Part shown: piece after piece, positions 49,352 to 50,579 of the stretch
Numbering within the stretch: position 1 is the first letter of the stretch
Layout: every line of letters begins with the position of its first letter
DNA from: an uncultured Clostridium sp.
GTDB taxonomy: Bacteria > Cyanobacteriota > Vampirovibrionia > Gastranaerophilales > Gastranaerophilaceae
DNA length: 50,579 nt
Direction: 5' to 3'
Assembly (NCBI GenBank): GCA_958449715.1
Contig: CAUDIU010000001.1
Span: 1 to 50,579 of the forward strand
Made by a program: the position numbers and the translations under genes
Notes under the pieces: model-generated
What the model was told of the DNA's origin: nothing
Database searches by the model: none
The model's input: the letters and a program-made list of their open reading frames with translations, nothing else

Positions 49352-50161
49352 ATGTATAGATGTAAAGAATGCAAAACTGAATATAAAGAAAAAGTTGAAT
49401 ACTGCGAATGCGGGAATAATACTTTTGACTATATAGAAGATAAAATTCAAGCAAAAAAAGAAAAGGCTCCCCTTTCACTTGAGCAAAAATCAGAACTTGT
49501 ATCAAGAATATTTTTTGTACTATGTATAATTTTGTCAATTATAATTTGGTCAATTCCTATTGGTAATACTGCTGCAAAAAAACAAAAAGCAGCTCAAACA
49601 AAACCAAAGACAAATATTAACAAAACAATTCCAAACATCGATAAAATTTGGGATGACACTCCAATATATCAACAGCAAACCCAAGGGCAACAGTCGGAAG
49701 TTAACAACATACAAAAAACAATCCCGTTAACGTCAACGCCTGTTGACTATGCCAGGCGTGTAAAAAACTCTCAAGCGAACTCAACTCCTAAAATAAAAGA
49801 GTCTCAATTTTTACCACATAATAATATTCCTAAGGAGCCCCAAAAACCAATTTACAATCCAAACAGTATAGAAATGCTGAGATATAAAAATCTTTTAAGA
49901 GCTGCTTTATTTTCAAAATTTGCTGTAGGAAGTATTCAAGGTTCAGGAGAATGTTCTATTCAATTCTCAGTAGATAAATCTGGCAAATTAATAAACAGAA
50001 AATTCACAAAAGAATCTTCAAATAAAGGGCTAAACGACACTGTCTACTATATGATGATGAGTGTACCAAAATTCACACCACCTCCTGATGAATATAATGG
50101 AGAAACTATTAGAATGAATTTTAAAATTAACAATGGGGATTATGAAATCACTATAAACTAA
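49352..50161 (+). CDS. Zn-ribbon, TM and TonB C-terminal-like protein
   Basis: CKEC...CECG; TM; FSVDKSGKL...SSNKGLND...FTPPP. Confidence 0.65.
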   Translation: MYRCKECKTEYKEKVEYCECGNNTFDYIEDKIQAKKEKAPLSLEQKSELVSRIFFVLCIILSIIIWSIPIGNTAAKKQKAAQTKPKTNINKTIPNIDKIWDDTPIYQQQTQGQQSEVNNIQKTIPLTSTPVDYARRVKNSQANSTPKIKESQFLPHNNIPKEPQKPIYNPNSIEMLRYKNLLRAALFSKFAVGSIQGSGECSIQFSVDKSGKLINRKFTKESSNKGLNDTVYYMMMSVPKFTPPPDEYNGETIRMNFKINNGDYEITIN

Positions 50162-50579
50162 AATTAAAATTCAAAATAATCACAATTTCATCATTAAAGA
50201 AATATTTTGGGAACGGTTTAAATGGAGCAGCAGCCTTAATTGCAGCACCGGCATTATCATCAAGAGCTTTAATTTTTGATGATTTTAAAATCTTGCATTT
50301 TTTGACTGACCCGTCTTTATTAAGAGTTAAAGCCATTTGTACCAACAAATCTTTTTGACCTTTTGCAAGAATATCAATTTGTTTTCGTGGTGGCACTTTC
50401 CAATTTTTTACAACTTTTTCTTTTACTTCTTTTACATAAGGAGTGTAGTCAATATATTTCCCATCAGAGGTAAATACATAAGATTCTTTATCTGAGACAA
50501 AAACTTGAACTGCATGCAAATTTCCTGATGGATAATCATATAAAATTCTGCATTTCATAAGTTCAGGACGTCTGAAAGA
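50151..50579 (-). CDS. TonB C-terminal domain protein (partial, open to the window end)
   Basis: YVKEVKEKVVKNWKVP, LNKDGSV, SSKIKALDDNA, AAPFKPFP; frame stays open up to 50579. Confidence 0.75.
   Translation of the reverse strand, partial: SFRRPELMKCRILYDYPSGNLHAVQVFVSDKESYVFTSDGKYIDYTPYVKEVKEKVVKNWKVPPRKQIDILAKGQKDLLVQMALTLNKDGSVKKCKILKSSKIKALDDNAGAAIKAAAPFKPFPKYFFNDEIVIILNFNFSL

Noticed and set aside
1..50579. CRISPR array, tRNA/rRNA, IS element, diversity-generating retroelement
   Set aside because: I recognised no spaced direct repeats, cloverleaf or rRNA-like GC-rich segments, transposase or reverse transcriptase by eye.

Overview
This is an AT-rich, gene-dense bacterial chromosomal segment. 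I infer a non-photosynthetic cyanobacterial relative (Vampirovibrionia/Melainabacteria, Gastranaerophilales-like) from the cyanobacterial-type RpoZ, SepF/YggS and short S1, the absence of photosynthesis genes here, and the pilin paralogues. It carries housekeeping genes (nadA, rlmB, a sigma-70 factor, rpsA, ispH, fba, ftsZ, nadK, sepF, yggS, mutL, aroF, queH, upp, rpoZ, purine nucleoside phosphorylase, plsY), type IV pilus/competence genes (comF, PilO-like, PilM-PilN-like), two peptidoglycan hydrolases without signal peptides, TonB-C-like proteins and lineage-specific hypotheticals. The standout signal is three dispersed type IV pilin-like genes (~10 kb apart, minus strand) that the ORF track shows only as N-terminally truncated ORFs. 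Each has the same 5' cassette: a TTGAAA-N17-TATAAT promoter with extended -10 TG at or inside the upstream gene's terminator, a GAAAGGAGC ribosome-binding site, an ATG, and a G10 homopolymer inside the cleavable prepilin leader that puts the pilin out of frame (G11 or G8 would restore it). Each also has a downstream anti-SD (GCTCCT) able to fold back on the RBS. This looks like a poly-G-switched (phase-variable or slippage-dependent) dispersed pilin repertoire, but a homopolymer sequencing artefact must be excluded. I recognised no rRNA, tRNA, CRISPR array or transposase.
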